Shown in pieces: positions 45,265 to 55,694 of a stretch of DNA of 64,000 bases (the stretch's first letter is position 1; every line of letters begins with the position of its first letter). Below the pieces are notes generated by a model. That model had not been told where the DNA came from. It was given only the letters and a program-made list of their open reading frames with translations, and searched no databases. Source of the DNA: an uncultured Candidatus Binatia bacterium. GTDB taxonomy: Bacteria > Desulfobacterota > Binatia > UBA9968 > JAJDTQ01. The stretch covers positions 1,792,001-1,856,000 of the forward strand of contig OZ251459.1 in NCBI GenBank assembly GCA_965242525.1. The letters are read 5' to 3'. The position numbers and the translations under genes are program-made.

Positions 45265-46068
45265 ATGAAGACGAAACCGCTCGGCAGCGCCGGGGTTCGG
45301 GTTCCCGAGATCGGGCTGGGGGTCTGGAAGTACCGGGGCGGGGTCGAACCCTTGCGGCGCGGCATCGAGCTGGGCGCCAACCTCATCGACACGGCCGAAA
45401 TGTACCGGACCGAGGACGTGGTGGGCGAGGCGGTTCGAGGGATCCGCGAGCGGGTCTTCATCGCCAGCAAGGTTTCCGGGGACCACCTGGGATACGACGA
45501 CGTGCTCCGGGCTGCGGAGGCCAGCCTGCGGCGCCTGGACGTGGACGCCATCGACCTCTACCAGGTCCACTGGCCGAACCCCCGCACGCCCATCGGGGAG
45601 ACCATGCGGGCCATGGAGGCGCTGGCGGATTCGGGCCGGATCAAGTACATCGGCGTGAGCAACTTCTCCACGGACCAGTTGGCCGAAGCCCGGGCCGCCA
45701 TGAGCCACCATCCCATCGTGTCGAACCAGGTCCTGTACAACCTCCGGAGACGCGACGTCGAGCGGAAGCTGATGCCCTATTGCGAGCGTCACGCCGTCAC
45801 CATCATCGCCTACACCCCGCTGGACAGCGGCAAGCTGGCGGCCGAGGCCGGTCGGTTCGCGTCGAAGGGGACGAAAGCGCTCCGGGAGGTCGCCGAAGGG
45901 AACCGGAAGACGCCCGCCCAGGCGGCGCTCAACTGGTGCGTCTCCCACGAGAGCGTCATCGCCATCCCCAAGTCCGACAGCGTCTCCCGCACCACCGAGA
46001 ACTGCGGCGCGTCGGACTGGCGGCTGTCCGACGAAGACATGGCCCGCCTGGACCGGGCCTTCGCTTAG
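45265..46068 (+). CDS. Aldo/keto reductase
   Basis: IDTAEMY, SKV, DLYQVHWP, IGVSNF and AIPKS. Confidence 0.95.
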   Translation: MKTKPLGSAGVRVPEIGLGVWKYRGGVEPLRRGIELGANLIDTAEMYRTEDVVGEAVRGIRERVFIASKVSGDHLGYDDVLRAAEASLRRLDVDAIDLYQVHWPNPRTPIGETMRAMEALADSGRIKYIGVSNFSTDQLAEARAAMSHHPIVSNQVLYNLRRRDVERKLMPYCERHAVTIIAYTPLDSGKLAAEAGRFASKGTKALREVAEGNRKTPAQAALNWCVSHESVIAIPKSDSVSRTTENCGASDWRLSDEDMARLDRAFA

Positions 46069-46185
46069 GGAGCCCGTCACGGACGATTCGTTGGCGGGGC
46101 GCCCGGGACCTGAAGGCAAAGCGCCCGTTGGAGCAGACGGGCGGCAACGCCGGTCCTGCCCGGCCGAGGAGGCTTGAGCCACCCA

Positions 46186-47559
46186 ATGGACTTTTCCGCG
46201 CTGGAGCGCACCGGGGCCGCGGCTTTCTTCTCCGAGTTCGGGAAGAGGATCTACAACCCCCAGGGCATCCTCTACTGGACCCGCAAGGCCAGGGCCGGGG
46301 CCCGGATCAACGCCACCATCGGATCGGCGCGGGGACGCGAGAGCGCGGTGTTCCCCGAGGGCGGAGAGCGCCGGATCACCCTCTGCGCGCCGCTGATCCA
46401 CTCGTTCTTCCACGGACTGGACACCGAGGAGGTGGTCCCGTACACGCCGGAGACCGGCACCCCCGCCTTCCGTGCGGCATGGCGCGGGTGGGTCCTGGGG
46501 CGCGCGGGGGACGAGTCCCCACGGCTGGAAAGGCAACTGCACCAGCCGATCCTCACGCCGGGGATCACCGCGGCCATCAGCATCTGCGCGCGGATGTTCG
46601 TGGACCCGGGCCGGTCCATCATCGTCGCGGACCGGCGCTGGGAGAACTACGACCACGTCCTCGGACGGAACCTCGGCCTCGACGTCGTGGACTTCCCGCT
46701 GCTCCGGGACGGCGACCTGAACGCGGCCGGGTTGCTGGCCGCGGTGCAACGGGTGTGGCGCCGGCAGGACGTGGCGGTGGCGCTGCTCAACTTCCCCAAC
46801 AACCCGACGGGGTTCTGCCCTTCCGAGGCCGCAGGCCGCGGTCTCGTGGACGGGCTGGAGCGGCTTGCCCAGGAGTCCGAAAAACGCCTGGTGCTGCTGT
46901 TCGACGACGCCTACGAGAGCTACGTATATGACCCCGCGGCCATGCAGTCGTCGCTCTTCTACCGGGTCCGGCCCCGGTCCAACCTCCTGCCCGTGAAGAT
47001 CGACGGGGTCACCAAGGAACTGCTGTGGTACGGCGGGCGCGCGGGCGCCGTCTCGCTGGCCTGTCCCGACGACTGGCGCGCCCCGAACGGCGCCGGGAGC
47101 CTGGCGGAGGAGCTGGACAACAAGTTCGGCGGGGTCATCCGGGGCCTGTTCTCCAACAGCGCGACGGTCACCCAGTCCGTGGCCACCAAGGCCCTCGCCC
47201 GGATGGACCGGCTGCTGGACGAACGCCGCCGGACCTTCGACCTGCTGAAGCAGCGGTACGAGACCCTGAAGCAGGAGCTCGACGGGTTGGACACCGACCT
47301 CCTCGCCGTGGAGCCGTTCCACGGAGGCTTCTTCTGCTTCGTGAACCTGCTGCCGGAGTCGGGGCTCAGGGCCACGGACGTGGCCAACCACCTGCTCGAC
47401 GAGCACGGGGTCGGCGCGGTGCCGTTCGAGGGAAGCGCCATGAACGGCCTCCGCATCGCCTACTGCGGCGTCGAGCGCGAGGACCTGCCGGAGTTGTGCC
47501 GCAGCCTGGCGCGGACCGTGAACGACCTGGCCGGAAGAAGGGCGCATGGGAAGGCTTGA
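46186..47559 (+). CDS. PLP-dependent aminotransferase class I/II
   Basis: INATIG, WENY, LNFPNNPTG, DDAY and KIDGVTKE. Confidence 0.9.
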   Translation: MDFSALERTGAAAFFSEFGKRIYNPQGILYWTRKARAGARINATIGSARGRESAVFPEGGERRITLCAPLIHSFFHGLDTEEVVPYTPETGTPAFRAAWRGWVLGRAGDESPRLERQLHQPILTPGITAAISICARMFVDPGRSIIVADRRWENYDHVLGRNLGLDVVDFPLLRDGDLNAAGLLAAVQRVWRRQDVAVALLNFPNNPTGFCPSEAAGRGLVDGLERLAQESEKRLVLLFDDAYESYVYDPAAMQSSLFYRVRPRSNLLPVKIDGVTKELLWYGGRAGAVSLACPDDWRAPNGAGSLAEELDNKFGGVIRGLFSNSATVTQSVATKALARMDRLLDERRRTFDLLKQRYETLKQELDGLDTDLLAVEPFHGGFFCFVNLLPESGLRATDVANHLLDEHGVGAVPFEGSAMNGLRIAYCGVEREDLPELCRSLARTVNDLAGRRAHGKA

Positions 47560-48277
47560 CGCAAAGGTGGCGGTGGTCACCGGCGCCAGCCGCGGCATCG
47601 GCCGGGCGGTGGCGCTGGAGTTCGCACGCGAGGGCGCGGTACTGGCCATCGTCGGGGTGCAGGACCGGGCGGCTCTCGATTCGGTCCAGCGGGAGCTCTC
47701 GGAGCTCGGCGCCGAAAGCATGGCGCGGACGGTGGACGTGGGCCGACGGTCCCAGGTGGACGCGCTGGTGAACGAAGTAAACGAGCGCTGGGGCCGCATC
47801 GACGTGCTGGTCAACAACGCGGGCGTCCTGAGGCTGGCGCGGTTCGAGGAAATCACCGAGGACCAGTGGGACGAGACCATCCGGGTCCATCTCAAGGGGA
47901 CCTTCAACTGCACCCAGGCGGTGCTGCCCTCCATGAAACGGCAACGGTCGGGCAAGATCATCAACCTGACCGGGCCCGCGGCGCTGCGGCCTTCCCACGG
48001 CGTGTCCGACTACGCCAGCGCCAAGGGCGGGATCATCGCGTTGACCTTCAACGTCGCCAACGAGATGAAGCCCCACAACATCCAGGTCAACTGCGTCTCG
48101 CCGGTGGCGGACACGCGCATGACCGACGCCATCGCCGAGTTCCGCGGCCGCGAGCAGGCCGCCCGGGCGCGGCCGAACCCGGTTCCCGCGGAGGCGGTGG
48201 CGCCGGCGTTCGTCTTCTTCGCGTCCGGCGACAGCGACTACGTTACCGGCCAGGTCCTGGGGTTCGAACGGCCATGA
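47546..48277 (+). CDS. SDR family oxidoreductase (FabG-like)
   Basis: TGASRGIG, NNAG and YASAK. Confidence 0.92.
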   Translation: MGRLDAKVAVVTGASRGIGRAVALEFAREGAVLAIVGVQDRAALDSVQRELSELGAESMARTVDVGRRSQVDALVNEVNERWGRIDVLVNNAGVLRLARFEEITEDQWDETIRVHLKGTFNCTQAVLPSMKRQRSGKIINLTGPAALRPSHGVSDYASAKGGIIALTFNVANEMKPHNIQVNCVSPVADTRMTDAIAEFRGREQAARARPNPVPAEAVAPAFVFFASGDSDYVTGQVLGFERP

Positions 48278-48410
48278 GACCGGGGCGCGTCCGGCGTCCT
48301 GCTTTCGCGGCAGGCGGAACCGGGGATGCGCCCCGTATCGAGCCCATGCAGCGCCCGGCATACCGGAACGACCCGCCAAGACGGCGGCGCAACGCGCAGG
48401 AGGCGAACCC

Positions 48411-49397
48411 ATGCCCGGAAACCGTGCAGGAGTCTGGCTGAGCGCCCTGGCGCTGAGCGCGCTCGCGGCCACCGCGGGGGCGCAACCCTTCGGTTACCAG
48501 GCGGTGCCGCGGGACGCGTTCCCGGTCTTCGACGACCCGGAGATGCTGGGCGCGGCGGAAGCCGAGGCGGAGCAGGTCATCTTCGACCGGGACGCGGTCA
48601 TCGGCGTCGCCCACCGCGGGGAAGCCAAGGCATACCCCATCACCATCATGGGCGTCCACGAGCTCGGCAACGACGTCATCGGAGGGACGCCCATCGCCAT
48701 CTCCTGGTGACCCCTGTGCCAGACGTCTATCGTGTATAGACGCCGACTCGACGACAGGGTGCTGAGCTTCGGGCACGCGGGCATACTCTACGAAAACTCG
48801 TTCGTCATGTACGACCGGGAGACCGATTCCCTGTGGGTCCACGTCACCGGGGAAGCCGCCTTCGGCCCCCTCGAGGGGAAGCGGCTCGAATTCATGCCGT
48901 CCACGGTGACGAGTTGGGCCAAATGGAAGAAGAACTATCCACACACCCGGGTGCTGCCGGGCTACCGGCGGGGCGGGTTCATGGGGACCTACGTGGGTCC
49001 CTTCCAGAGCGACATCCTCGGTCTGGCGGTGGTGGTCCGGTTCGAGAGCAAACTCTACCCCTACCGGGCGCTGGAGCAACGGAACGTGGTCAACGACGAG
49101 TTCAACGGCGCCAAGGTCCTGGTCTTCTATTCCCCGGACGACGCCACCGCCACGGCTTGGCGCCGGGAGCTCGACCATCGCGTGTTGACGTTCGCGCGTT
49201 CGGACCGAAAGGACGCCCAGGGCCACGCGCTGCTGCGCGACAACGAGACCGGCAGCCTTTGGTCGTGGCTGCGCGGAGAAGCCCTGGAGGGGCCACTCAA
49301 GGGGAGAAAGCTCCGGCAACTCCCGTACAACCCGATCCTGAACGAGCGCTTCGCCGCCTTCTATCCGGGCGCCCCGGTGTTCGATACGGCGAACTGA
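48411..49397 (+). CDS. DUF3179 domain exported selenoprotein (Sec at TGA 48708-48710)
   Basis: ORFs 48411-48710 and 48732-49397 share one frame. Readthrough gives ISW-U-PLC at the family's CPLC motif, followed by ILYENSFVMYDRETDSLW. Signal peptide and SECIS-like hairpin present. Confidence 0.82.
48711..48759 (+). promoter_or_regulatory. Candidate bacterial SECIS element
   Basis: Upper stem CGTCTAT/ATAGACG with loop CGTGT starting 21 nt after the TGA. Lower stem CCCTGT/ACAGGG. Confidence 0.7.
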
Positions 49398-49426
49398 CGC
49401 CCCGGTATCGGAAAACGCTCGCATAT

Positions 49427-49454
49427 TCGTTATATTGAACTCGTTATATTGAAC
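49427..49454. repeat. Perfect 14-bp tandem duplication
   Basis: TCGTTATATTGAAC occurs twice upstream of rodZ. Confidence 0.85.
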
Positions 49455-49472
49455 GCAGACTCCGGGAAGCGT

Positions 49473-50612
49473 ATGGAAGCACCAGAGGCGCACGAGGATA
49501 TTCCGAGGTCCATGAGCGGGACTGCCGACCAGATTCGCGAAGCGCGGGAGCAAAAGGGACTGACGCTGGCGCAGGTGGAAGAGGCCACGCGCATCCCGCT
49601 CTACTACCTGGAGATCCTCGAAGGCACGGGGAACGAGCGGCTCGTCTCGGACCGCCTCTACATGGTGCACTTCCTCCGCAGCTATGCGGCGTTCCTGGAC
49701 CTCCAGGTGGAGCCCCTGGAGGTGGAATTCCTGCGCGAGAACCGCCGCCGGGCAGCGGCCCTGCAAGCCCCCGAACAGGAGGCCCGTTCCCGGAAGCCCG
49801 TCTTCCTCGCGGTGACGGCCGCAGTGCTGGTGATGGCCGGGGTCGGCGTCTATCTCAATAACCCGACACTGCTCGACTTCCGTCCGGCAACGGTAGAGGA
49901 GCCGGCGCCGCCTTCGGCACCGGCGGACCAGCCCGTGACGCAGCCGTTCCCGACCCTGGACCCGCCCGGCACGGAGGACGCCGCCGCGGACTCCGTGCTG
50001 CAGCCGGAAGCCAACGAAACGAACCCCGCGGAACCCCGGCTGGTGGCCGCGCCGGAGCCGGAACCGGAGACCGCGGAGCCGGAACAGGAACCGGAGCCGG
50101 AACCCGTCGCCGCGGCGCCGGAGACGCCAGCGCCGCCGCAGGACGCTCCGGCGTCAACGGCCGCAACGGACGCGTCCACGCCGCAGCCGGAAGAGGAAGC
50201 AACCGCATCCCGCGCCGACGAGCCGCAACCGGCCGCAGCGAACCGCGGCGGGGAAGCGACCGAGCCTCCCGACGCCGCGCCCGTCCTCGCGGCTGCGGCG
50301 TCCGAGACCCAGGAAACCGAGGTCCCAGAGACCGAAACCCAGGAGACCCCGCCCGCGGACTCGCCGGACGCACAGAGCCTGACCATCGTGGCCCACGAGC
50401 AGTCATGGCTGCGGATCCGGGCCGACGACGAGAAGTCACGGGACATGCTCCTGGACCCCGGACAGGTCGCCACCCTATCCGCCCGGACCGGGTTCGTCAT
50501 CACCTTCGGCAACGCCGGGGGGGTCAGCCTCCGGTTCAACGGGGAGGAGATTCCTCCCGTGGGAAGGTCCGGCCAGGTGGTGCGCAACTTCAGGCTCCCG
50601 CCTCCCGAGTGA
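49473..50612 (+). CDS. rodZ: RodZ-like protein (HTH, TM, acidic linker, DUF4115)
   Basis: AREQKGLTL...TRI...LE...[11 protein letters not shown], one TM helix and a C-terminal SWLRI...FGNAGGV...NG. Confidence 0.8.
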   Translation: MEAPEAHEDIPRSMSGTADQIREAREQKGLTLAQVEEATRIPLYYLEILEGTGNERLVSDRLYMVHFLRSYAAFLDLQVEPLEVEFLRENRRRAAALQAPEQEARSRKPVFLAVTAAVLVMAGVGVYLNNPTLLDFRPATVEEPAPPSAPADQPVTQPFPTLDPPGTEDAAADSVLQPEANETNPAEPRLVAAPEPEPETAEPEQEPEPEPVAAAPETPAPPQDAPASTAATDASTPQPEEEATASRADEPQPAAANRGGEATEPPDAAPVLAAAASETQETEVPETETQETPPADSPDAQSLTIVAHEQSWLRIRADDEKSRDMLLDPGQVATLSARTGFVITFGNAGGVSLRFNGEEIPPVGRSGQVVRNFRLPPPE

Positions 50613-50620
50613 CCTCCGAC

Positions 50621-51676
50621 ATGATCGACCTCCGCTCCGACACCGTCACGACGCCCACGCCGGAGATGCTCCGGGCCATGACCGCCGCGGAAGTGGGCGA
50701 CGACGTCTATGGCGAAGACCCTACGGTCAACCGCCTCGAGGAGGAGGTGGCGGGGATCCTGGGCAAGGAGGCCGCGGTCTTCACGCCTTCGGGATCCATG
50801 GCCAACCAGATCGCCATCCGGCTCCATACCCGACCCGGAGACTCGGTCCTGTGCGAGGAAGGCTCTCATACCTTCGTCTATGAAGCGGGCGCCGGCGCCG
50901 CCCTTTCCGGGGTGCAGTTCGACCTCATCCCGTTCGGCGAGAACCTGTCCGACGAAGCCATCGCGGGCCGGTTCCGCGCCGACGGCCTGCACGAGGCGCC
51001 GTCCACCCTCATGCTGGTGGAGAACACCCACAACCGCGGGCGCGGGCGGGCCTTGCCGCGGCGGGAAACGGAACGGATCGTAGCCGCGGCCCGAGGCCTG
51101 GGACTCAGGACCCACTGCGACGGGGCCAGGATCTGGAACGCGGCCGCGGCCACCGGCGACTCCGAACGCGAGCTCGCCGCGGGCTTCGACACGGTGGCCG
51201 TCTGCTTTTCCAAGGGCCTCGGGGCGCCCGTGGGCTCCGCCTTGGCCGGCAGCCGCGAAGACGCGGCGCGGGCGCGGAAGATCCGCAAGCGCCTGGGCGG
51301 CGGCATGCGCCAAGCGGGGTTCCTGGCCGCGGCCGCGCTGTACGGGGTGCGGCAACATCGCGGCCGCCTCACGGAAGACCATCGGCGCGCCGCGGCCCTG
51401 GCCCGGGGCCTGGAAGAGCTGCTCCAGGACGGACGCCCGCTCCGGGTGGACGTCCCGGAACCGCCCACCAACATGGTCTATTGGCAAGCCGCCAACGGAC
51501 CGGAAGCGGTGGAGGAGTTGCGCCGCAAGGGCGTGCTCATGAACCATGTGGGCCGCGGCTGGATCCGGGCGGTCACCCATCTCCAGATCTCGGACTCGGA
51601 CATCCGCGACGCGCTCCTGCGCATCCGCGAGGCGCTGCCGGCATGCAGCCCCAAGAGGCACGATACGTCATCATAG
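50621..51676 (+). CDS. ltaE: Low-specificity L-threonine aldolase
   Basis: [47 protein letters not shown] and GGGMRQAG. Confidence 0.93.
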   Translation: MIDLRSDTVTTPTPEMLRAMTAAEVGDDVYGEDPTVNRLEEEVAGILGKEAAVFTPSGSMANQIAIRLHTRPGDSVLCEEGSHTFVYEAGAGAALSGVQFDLIPFGENLSDEAIAGRFRADGLHEAPSTLMLVENTHNRGRGRALPRRETERIVAAARGLGLRTHCDGARIWNAAAATGDSERELAAGFDTVAVCFSKGLGAPVGSALAGSREDAARARKIRKRLGGGMRQAGFLAAAALYGVRQHRGRLTEDHRRAAALARGLEELLQDGRPLRVDVPEPPTNMVYWQAANGPEAVEELRRKGVLMNHVGRGWIRAVTHLQISDSDIRDALLRIREALPACSPKRHDTSS

Positions 51677-52752
51677 GAGCGGGGTTCGCCGGTGCGGCCA
51701 CCGCGTGCCATCTGGCGCTCCGGGGCGCGCGCCGCGTGGTGGTGGTCGAGCGGGAAGCGGTGGCCGGGGTCCACTCCTCGGGCCGGAACGCGGGATTCAT
51801 ACGCCAGGTCCTCTCCGAGCCGTCCCTGACGGCCCTTGCGGCCCGAAGCGCCGCGTTCATCCGGGACCTTCCGCGGGACTGGCCCGCGCCGGTGGCCTAC
51901 GACGCCATCGGCTCGCTGATCACCGGACGCGGCGCCCAATGGGACACGCTGCGAGAGGAAGCGGCGCTCGCGGGCGAGCAGGGCGTCCACGTGGAGTTGT
52001 GGCCGCCGGAACGGGCTGTCGAGGCGGCGCCCCTGATCGAGGGCGGGGGCCTCGACGGGGCCGTCTGGTGCGCGTCGGACGGCGTCGTCGACGTCCATGC
52101 CCTGCTGTCCGGCTACCTCAAGACGGCCCAGAGCCGGGGCGCCGTGGTTCGCTACGGGGTGGATGTGCGGGAGATCCGGGTGCGCGGCCGCGGCGTGGAG
52201 GGCGTCGATACGGACCAGGGCTTCTTCGAGGCGGACGTGGCGGTCAACGCCGCGGGACCCTGGGCCGGTCCCGTGGGCGCCCTGGCCGACGCCGCGCCCA
52301 TCGCCTTCCATCCCCGGCGCCGGCACCTGTTCGTGACCCCGCCGCTGGACTGGGTCGACGCCCGCTGGCCCTTCGTCCTCAACGTCTCGGACGAAGTCTA
52401 TTTCCGGCCGGAAGCCGGCGGCCTGATGTTGTGTGCGTGCGACCAGGACGAGATGCCCCCCGGCGACCCGCCCACGGACGCCGGAGCCGTCGAGCTCCTG
52501 GCGGAGAGGTTCGCCGCGGCCTACCCCGACTTCCCGGACGTCCCCATCGGACGTTACTGGGCCGGGCTGCGGACCTTCACGGACGACGGTCGGTTCGTCA
52601 TCGGGTGGGACCCCGGAGTCGAGGGGTTCTTCTGGGTGGCCGGCCTGGGCGGCCACGGCGTCACCACCAGCGCCGCGGTGGGCTCGCTGGCCGCCCGCGT
52701 GCTCTTGGGAGGGGAGCCGCACCCGCAGTTCTCCCCAGCCCGGTTCGGCTGA
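51643..52752 (+). CDS. FAD-dependent oxidoreductase (DAO/sarcosine oxidase-like)
   Basis: [32 protein letters not shown] and GLGGHG. Confidence 0.9.
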   Translation: MQPQEARYVIIGAGFAGAATACHLALRGARRVVVVEREAVAGVHSSGRNAGFIRQVLSEPSLTALAARSAAFIRDLPRDWPAPVAYDAIGSLITGRGAQWDTLREEAALAGEQGVHVELWPPERAVEAAPLIEGGGLDGAVWCASDGVVDVHALLSGYLKTAQSRGAVVRYGVDVREIRVRGRGVEGVDTDQGFFEADVAVNAAGPWAGPVGALADAAPIAFHPRRRHLFVTPPLDWVDARWPFVLNVSDEVYFRPEAGGLMLCACDQDEMPPGDPPTDAGAVELLAERFAAAYPDFPDVPIGRYWAGLRTFTDDGRFVIGWDPGVEGFFWVAGLGGHGVTTSAAVGSLAARVLLGGEPHPQFSPARFG

Positions 52753-52825
52753 AACGTCCGCAGCGACCCGGACTCCCGCGGGACCGGGACCTCGTGGACC
52801 GCGCGCCCCGTGGAGGCAAGAGATC

Positions 52826-53548
52826 ATGGACGGAGAATACGTAACCACCGGCGTGCCGGAAGCCATGCGCGAGCGGGTCCGGCGCTACGCCGAGACCCTT
52901 CGGGAGCTGGCCGGCGACAACGCCCGGTCGCTGACGCTGTTCGGCGCGGTGGCCGCGGGCGTCTTCGACCCCCGGACCCAAACGGCCCGGAGCGTCTTCG
53001 TGGTGGGCTCGGTGGACCTGGAGATGCTGCGGCGGTTGGCCAAGCAGGGGCCGCGCCTGGGGAAGGCGCGCATCGCAGCCCCGCTCATCATGACCCCCGA
53101 GTACATCGAAGCGTCCGTGGACACCTTCCCGCTGGAGTTCCTGGAGATCGCCCAGCGCCGCGTCTGCGTGTTCGGCGAGGACTACTTCCGGGAGTTGCCC
53201 CTGCAGGCCGCGGACGTAAGGCGCCAGTGCGAACGCGAGGTCAAGACCATCCAGCTCGGCATGCGGCAGGCGCTGCTCGCCGCCGCAGGGCGCGACAAGG
53301 CCCTGACCACCGTAGAGGTGGACGTGGGGGAGCGGCTGCTGCGCTCGTTGCGAGGCCTGCTCTGGCTGCACGGGGACGTGGAGCCCAGGCCGGCCGCGGA
53401 CACGGTAGCGGCCATCGAAAACGGCATCCACCGTCCCCTGCCCGGAGTCCGAAGCGCGGTGGACCACCGGAGCCGGCACGGATGGGACGAGTTCAAGACC
53501 CTCTACGCCGACGTGGACGCCCTGAGGACCCATATCGATGCGTGGTAG
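52826..53548 (+). CDS. Nucleotidyltransferase-fold protein with degenerate active site
   Basis: SLTLFGAVAAG resembles the Pol-beta hG[GS] motif. PLIMT...S.DTFPLEFLEI...FGED and RRQCERE are present. GGAGG RBS. Confidence 0.6.
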   Translation: MDGEYVTTGVPEAMRERVRRYAETLRELAGDNARSLTLFGAVAAGVFDPRTQTARSVFVVGSVDLEMLRRLAKQGPRLGKARIAAPLIMTPEYIEASVDTFPLEFLEIAQRRVCVFGEDYFRELPLQAADVRRQCEREVKTIQLGMRQALLAAAGRDKALTTVEVDVGERLLRSLRGLLWLHGDVEPRPAADTVAAIENGIHRPLPGVRSAVDHRSRHGWDEFKTLYADVDALRTHIDAW

Positions 53549-54365
53549 CGCCCTCTCGGGTCTCGTCCTGTTCCTGTGCCTTGCCGGCGTGGTCCACGGG
53601 GCGGTCACGGTCGAAGACCCAGGCGCCTACGTGGTGGACGCCGCGGGCATCGTCGAGGCCGCGGACGAACGCCGGATGGAGGGCTGGCTGCGCGAGCTGG
53701 AGCAGAAGACCACCGCCCAGGTCAAGGTGCTGACCGTTCCCACCACCGACGGAGAGGACTTCTTCGGTTTCGTGCAACGCCACGCGGAAGCCTGGAAACT
53801 CGGACGCGAGGGCAAGGACAACGGCGCGCTCATCGTCCTGGCGGTGAAGGAACGGCGGGTGCGCATCCATACGGGTTACGGTCTGGAGGGAGCCATCCCC
53901 GACTCCTGGGCGGGCGCTGCCTCCCGGCAGGCCGCGGCCGAGTTCTTCCGGGCGGGCAGGTACGCCGAAGGACTCCTGTTCCTTACCGTGGCCACCGCCA
54001 ACCGGGTGGCGGACGCGGCGCGCGTCGAGCTCGGCGGCGTTCCCGAGCACCGGGTCCGCGGCGGCCGCGGGCGCGCGACCGGCACCGGAGTCGGCAGCGC
54101 CCTGATGCCGCTGCTGGTGCTGCTGTTCTTCCTCGGATCGCTGCGCCGCCGGCGTCATCGGTCCGCCTGGGGAGGACGGGGCGTTGCGTCCGGCCTCCTG
54201 ATGGGCGCCGTCCTCGGCAGCCTCCTGGGAGGAGGCCATCGTTCGTGGGGCGGCTCCGCGGGCGGTTTCGGAGGAGGCCTTGGCGGCGGCTTCGGGGGAG
54301 GCTTCGGAGGTTCTTTCGGCGGCGGTGGCGGCTTCGGCGGCGGCGGTGGCGGAGCCGGATGGTGA
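53538..54365 (+). CDS. TPM-domain membrane protein with Gly-rich tail
   Basis: Signal peptide, YVVDAAGI, WKLGREGKDNG, TGYGLEGAIPD, a TM helix and a GGFGGG tail ending GGAGW. Confidence 0.92.
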   Translation: MRGSALSGLVLFLCLAGVVHGAVTVEDPGAYVVDAAGIVEAADERRMEGWLRELEQKTTAQVKVLTVPTTDGEDFFGFVQRHAEAWKLGREGKDNGALIVLAVKERRVRIHTGYGLEGAIPDSWAGAASRQAAAEFFRAGRYAEGLLFLTVATANRVADAARVELGGVPEHRVRGGRGRATGTGVGSALMPLLVLLFFLGSLRRRRHRSAWGGRGVASGLLMGAVLGSLLGGGHRSWGGSAGGFGGGLGGGFGGGFGGSFGGGGGFGGGGGGAGW

Positions 54366-54430
54366 CGCGCCTGACCGTCCCGGCGAACCGTGGATACCTC
54401 GACAGAGGAACTTTCCGAAAGGAGTGAACC

Positions 54431-55003
54431 GTGAGCGCATCGAAGATCCTCCTGGCCATGCTGGCCGCGATCGTCGGGCTGGTGCTGTTGACGGGCGGTT
54501 GCGTCCTCAGCGGCTACAACCGGGCCATCACACTGGACGAGGCGGTGAAGAACCAGTGGGCGCAGGTGGAGAACCAGCTCCAACGGCGCTTCGAGCTGAT
54601 CCCCAACCTGGTGGAGACCGTCAAGGGGGTGGCCAAGCAGGAGGACAAGATCTACCTGGGGGTCGCCAACGCGCGCAAAGCCTATTTCCAGGCGGCCACG
54701 GTCAACCAGAAGGCCCAGGCCGCGGCGGGGTTCGAGCGCGCGCTGTCCCGGCTGCTGGTGCTGCGGGAGCAATACCCGCAACTCAAGTCCAACCAGTCCT
54801 TCCTGAAGCTCCAGGACCAGCTCGAAGGCACCGAGAACCGTCTTGCGGTGGAGCGGAAGCGGTTCAACGACCGGGTGACCGCGGTCAACACGTTCGTGCG
54901 CAAGCTGCCGGGCCGCTTCTACGCAGACCTTGCAGGGGTGGAGAAAGCCGAGTACTTCGCCATCGAGGAAGAGGCCGCGGAGTCGCCGAAGGTGAGCTTC
55001 TGA
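54431..55003 (+). CDS. lemA: LemA family protein
   Basis: YN...WAQVENQLQRRFELIPNLVETVKG, YPQLKSN and LEGTENRLAVER. AAGGAG RBS. Confidence 0.96.
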   Translation: MSASKILLAMLAAIVGLVLLTGGCVLSGYNRAITLDEAVKNQWAQVENQLQRRFELIPNLVETVKGVAKQEDKIYLGVANARKAYFQAATVNQKAQAAAGFERALSRLLVLREQYPQLKSNQSFLKLQDQLEGTENRLAVERKRFNDRVTAVNTFVRKLPGRFYADLAGVEKAEYFAIEEEAAESPKVSF

Positions 55004-55015
55004 GGACGGCCGTGA

Positions 55016-55681
55016 CTAGCCGTCTCCGCCCGGGCCGGGGCCGCGCACGGGCTCGACCCGACCCCCGCCGGGAGGCGTCTTCCGCCACAGAGCCCGGGCC
55101 CGGGCGTAGTCGTCCGGGGTGTTCACGTTGAAGAAGCTCAACCCTTCCGGGTCGAAGGCGCGGACCTCGTCCTCGTCCACCTTCAAGGTGCGCACCTTGT
55201 CGTAGAGGAACACCGGACGCAGCTCGCCGCGGCGAAGCTGCTGCTCCAGCAACGGCGACACGCCGCGGCGGTACACCGCGTGCAACGGTTGCAGACGCCC
55301 CTCCCAGTACGGCGCCACCACGTCATGGCCGGGGAGTCGGGACGCCAGGTGGGCCGCCAGGGAAAGGTTGAGGAAGGGCGCGTCGCACGAGACGACGAAG
55401 ACCCCTGCGCCCTTGCAGGCCCGGAGTCCCCGGCACATTCCGCCCACTGGACCCTGGTACGCGACCTCGTCCCGCACCAGCGTGGCCGGAAGCTTCGGCA
55501 ACTCCTGCCCCGGCGCCGCCACCACCACGATGTCGGAGAACAGCCGCCGGAGCCTCCGGACCACGTGCAGGATCAACGGCTGCCCGCCGAAGGGGAGCAG
55601 GGCCTTGGGCCGGCCCATGCGGCGGCTCCTGCCGCCGGCCAGGACCAGGGCCGAACCGACAGCGTCGGTCTCGTCACTCAT
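55016..55681 (-). CDS. mobA: Molybdenum cofactor guanylyltransferase
   Basis: LAGGRSRRMGRPKA, GPVGG, SCDAP, QPLHAVY and FFNVNTPDD. Confidence 0.93.
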   Translation of the reverse strand: MSDETDAVGSALVLAGGRSRRMGRPKALLPFGGQPLILHVVRRLRRLFSDIVVVAAPGQELPKLPATLVRDEVAYQGPVGGMCRGLRACKGAGVFVVSCDAPFLNLSLAAHLASRLPGHDVVAPYWEGRLQPLHAVYRRGVSPLLEQQLRRGELRPVFLYDKVRTLKVDEDEVRAFDPEGLSFFNVNTPDDYARARALWRKTPPGGGRVEPVRGPGPGGDG

Positions 55682-55694
55682 GGGGCACGACGTT

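Noticed and set aside
50050-50110. GAGCCGGAACCG-type repeats
   Set aside because: Pro/Glu linker of RodZ.
54250-54355. GGC-rich repeats
   Set aside because: Ordinary Gly-rich tail of TPM proteins.
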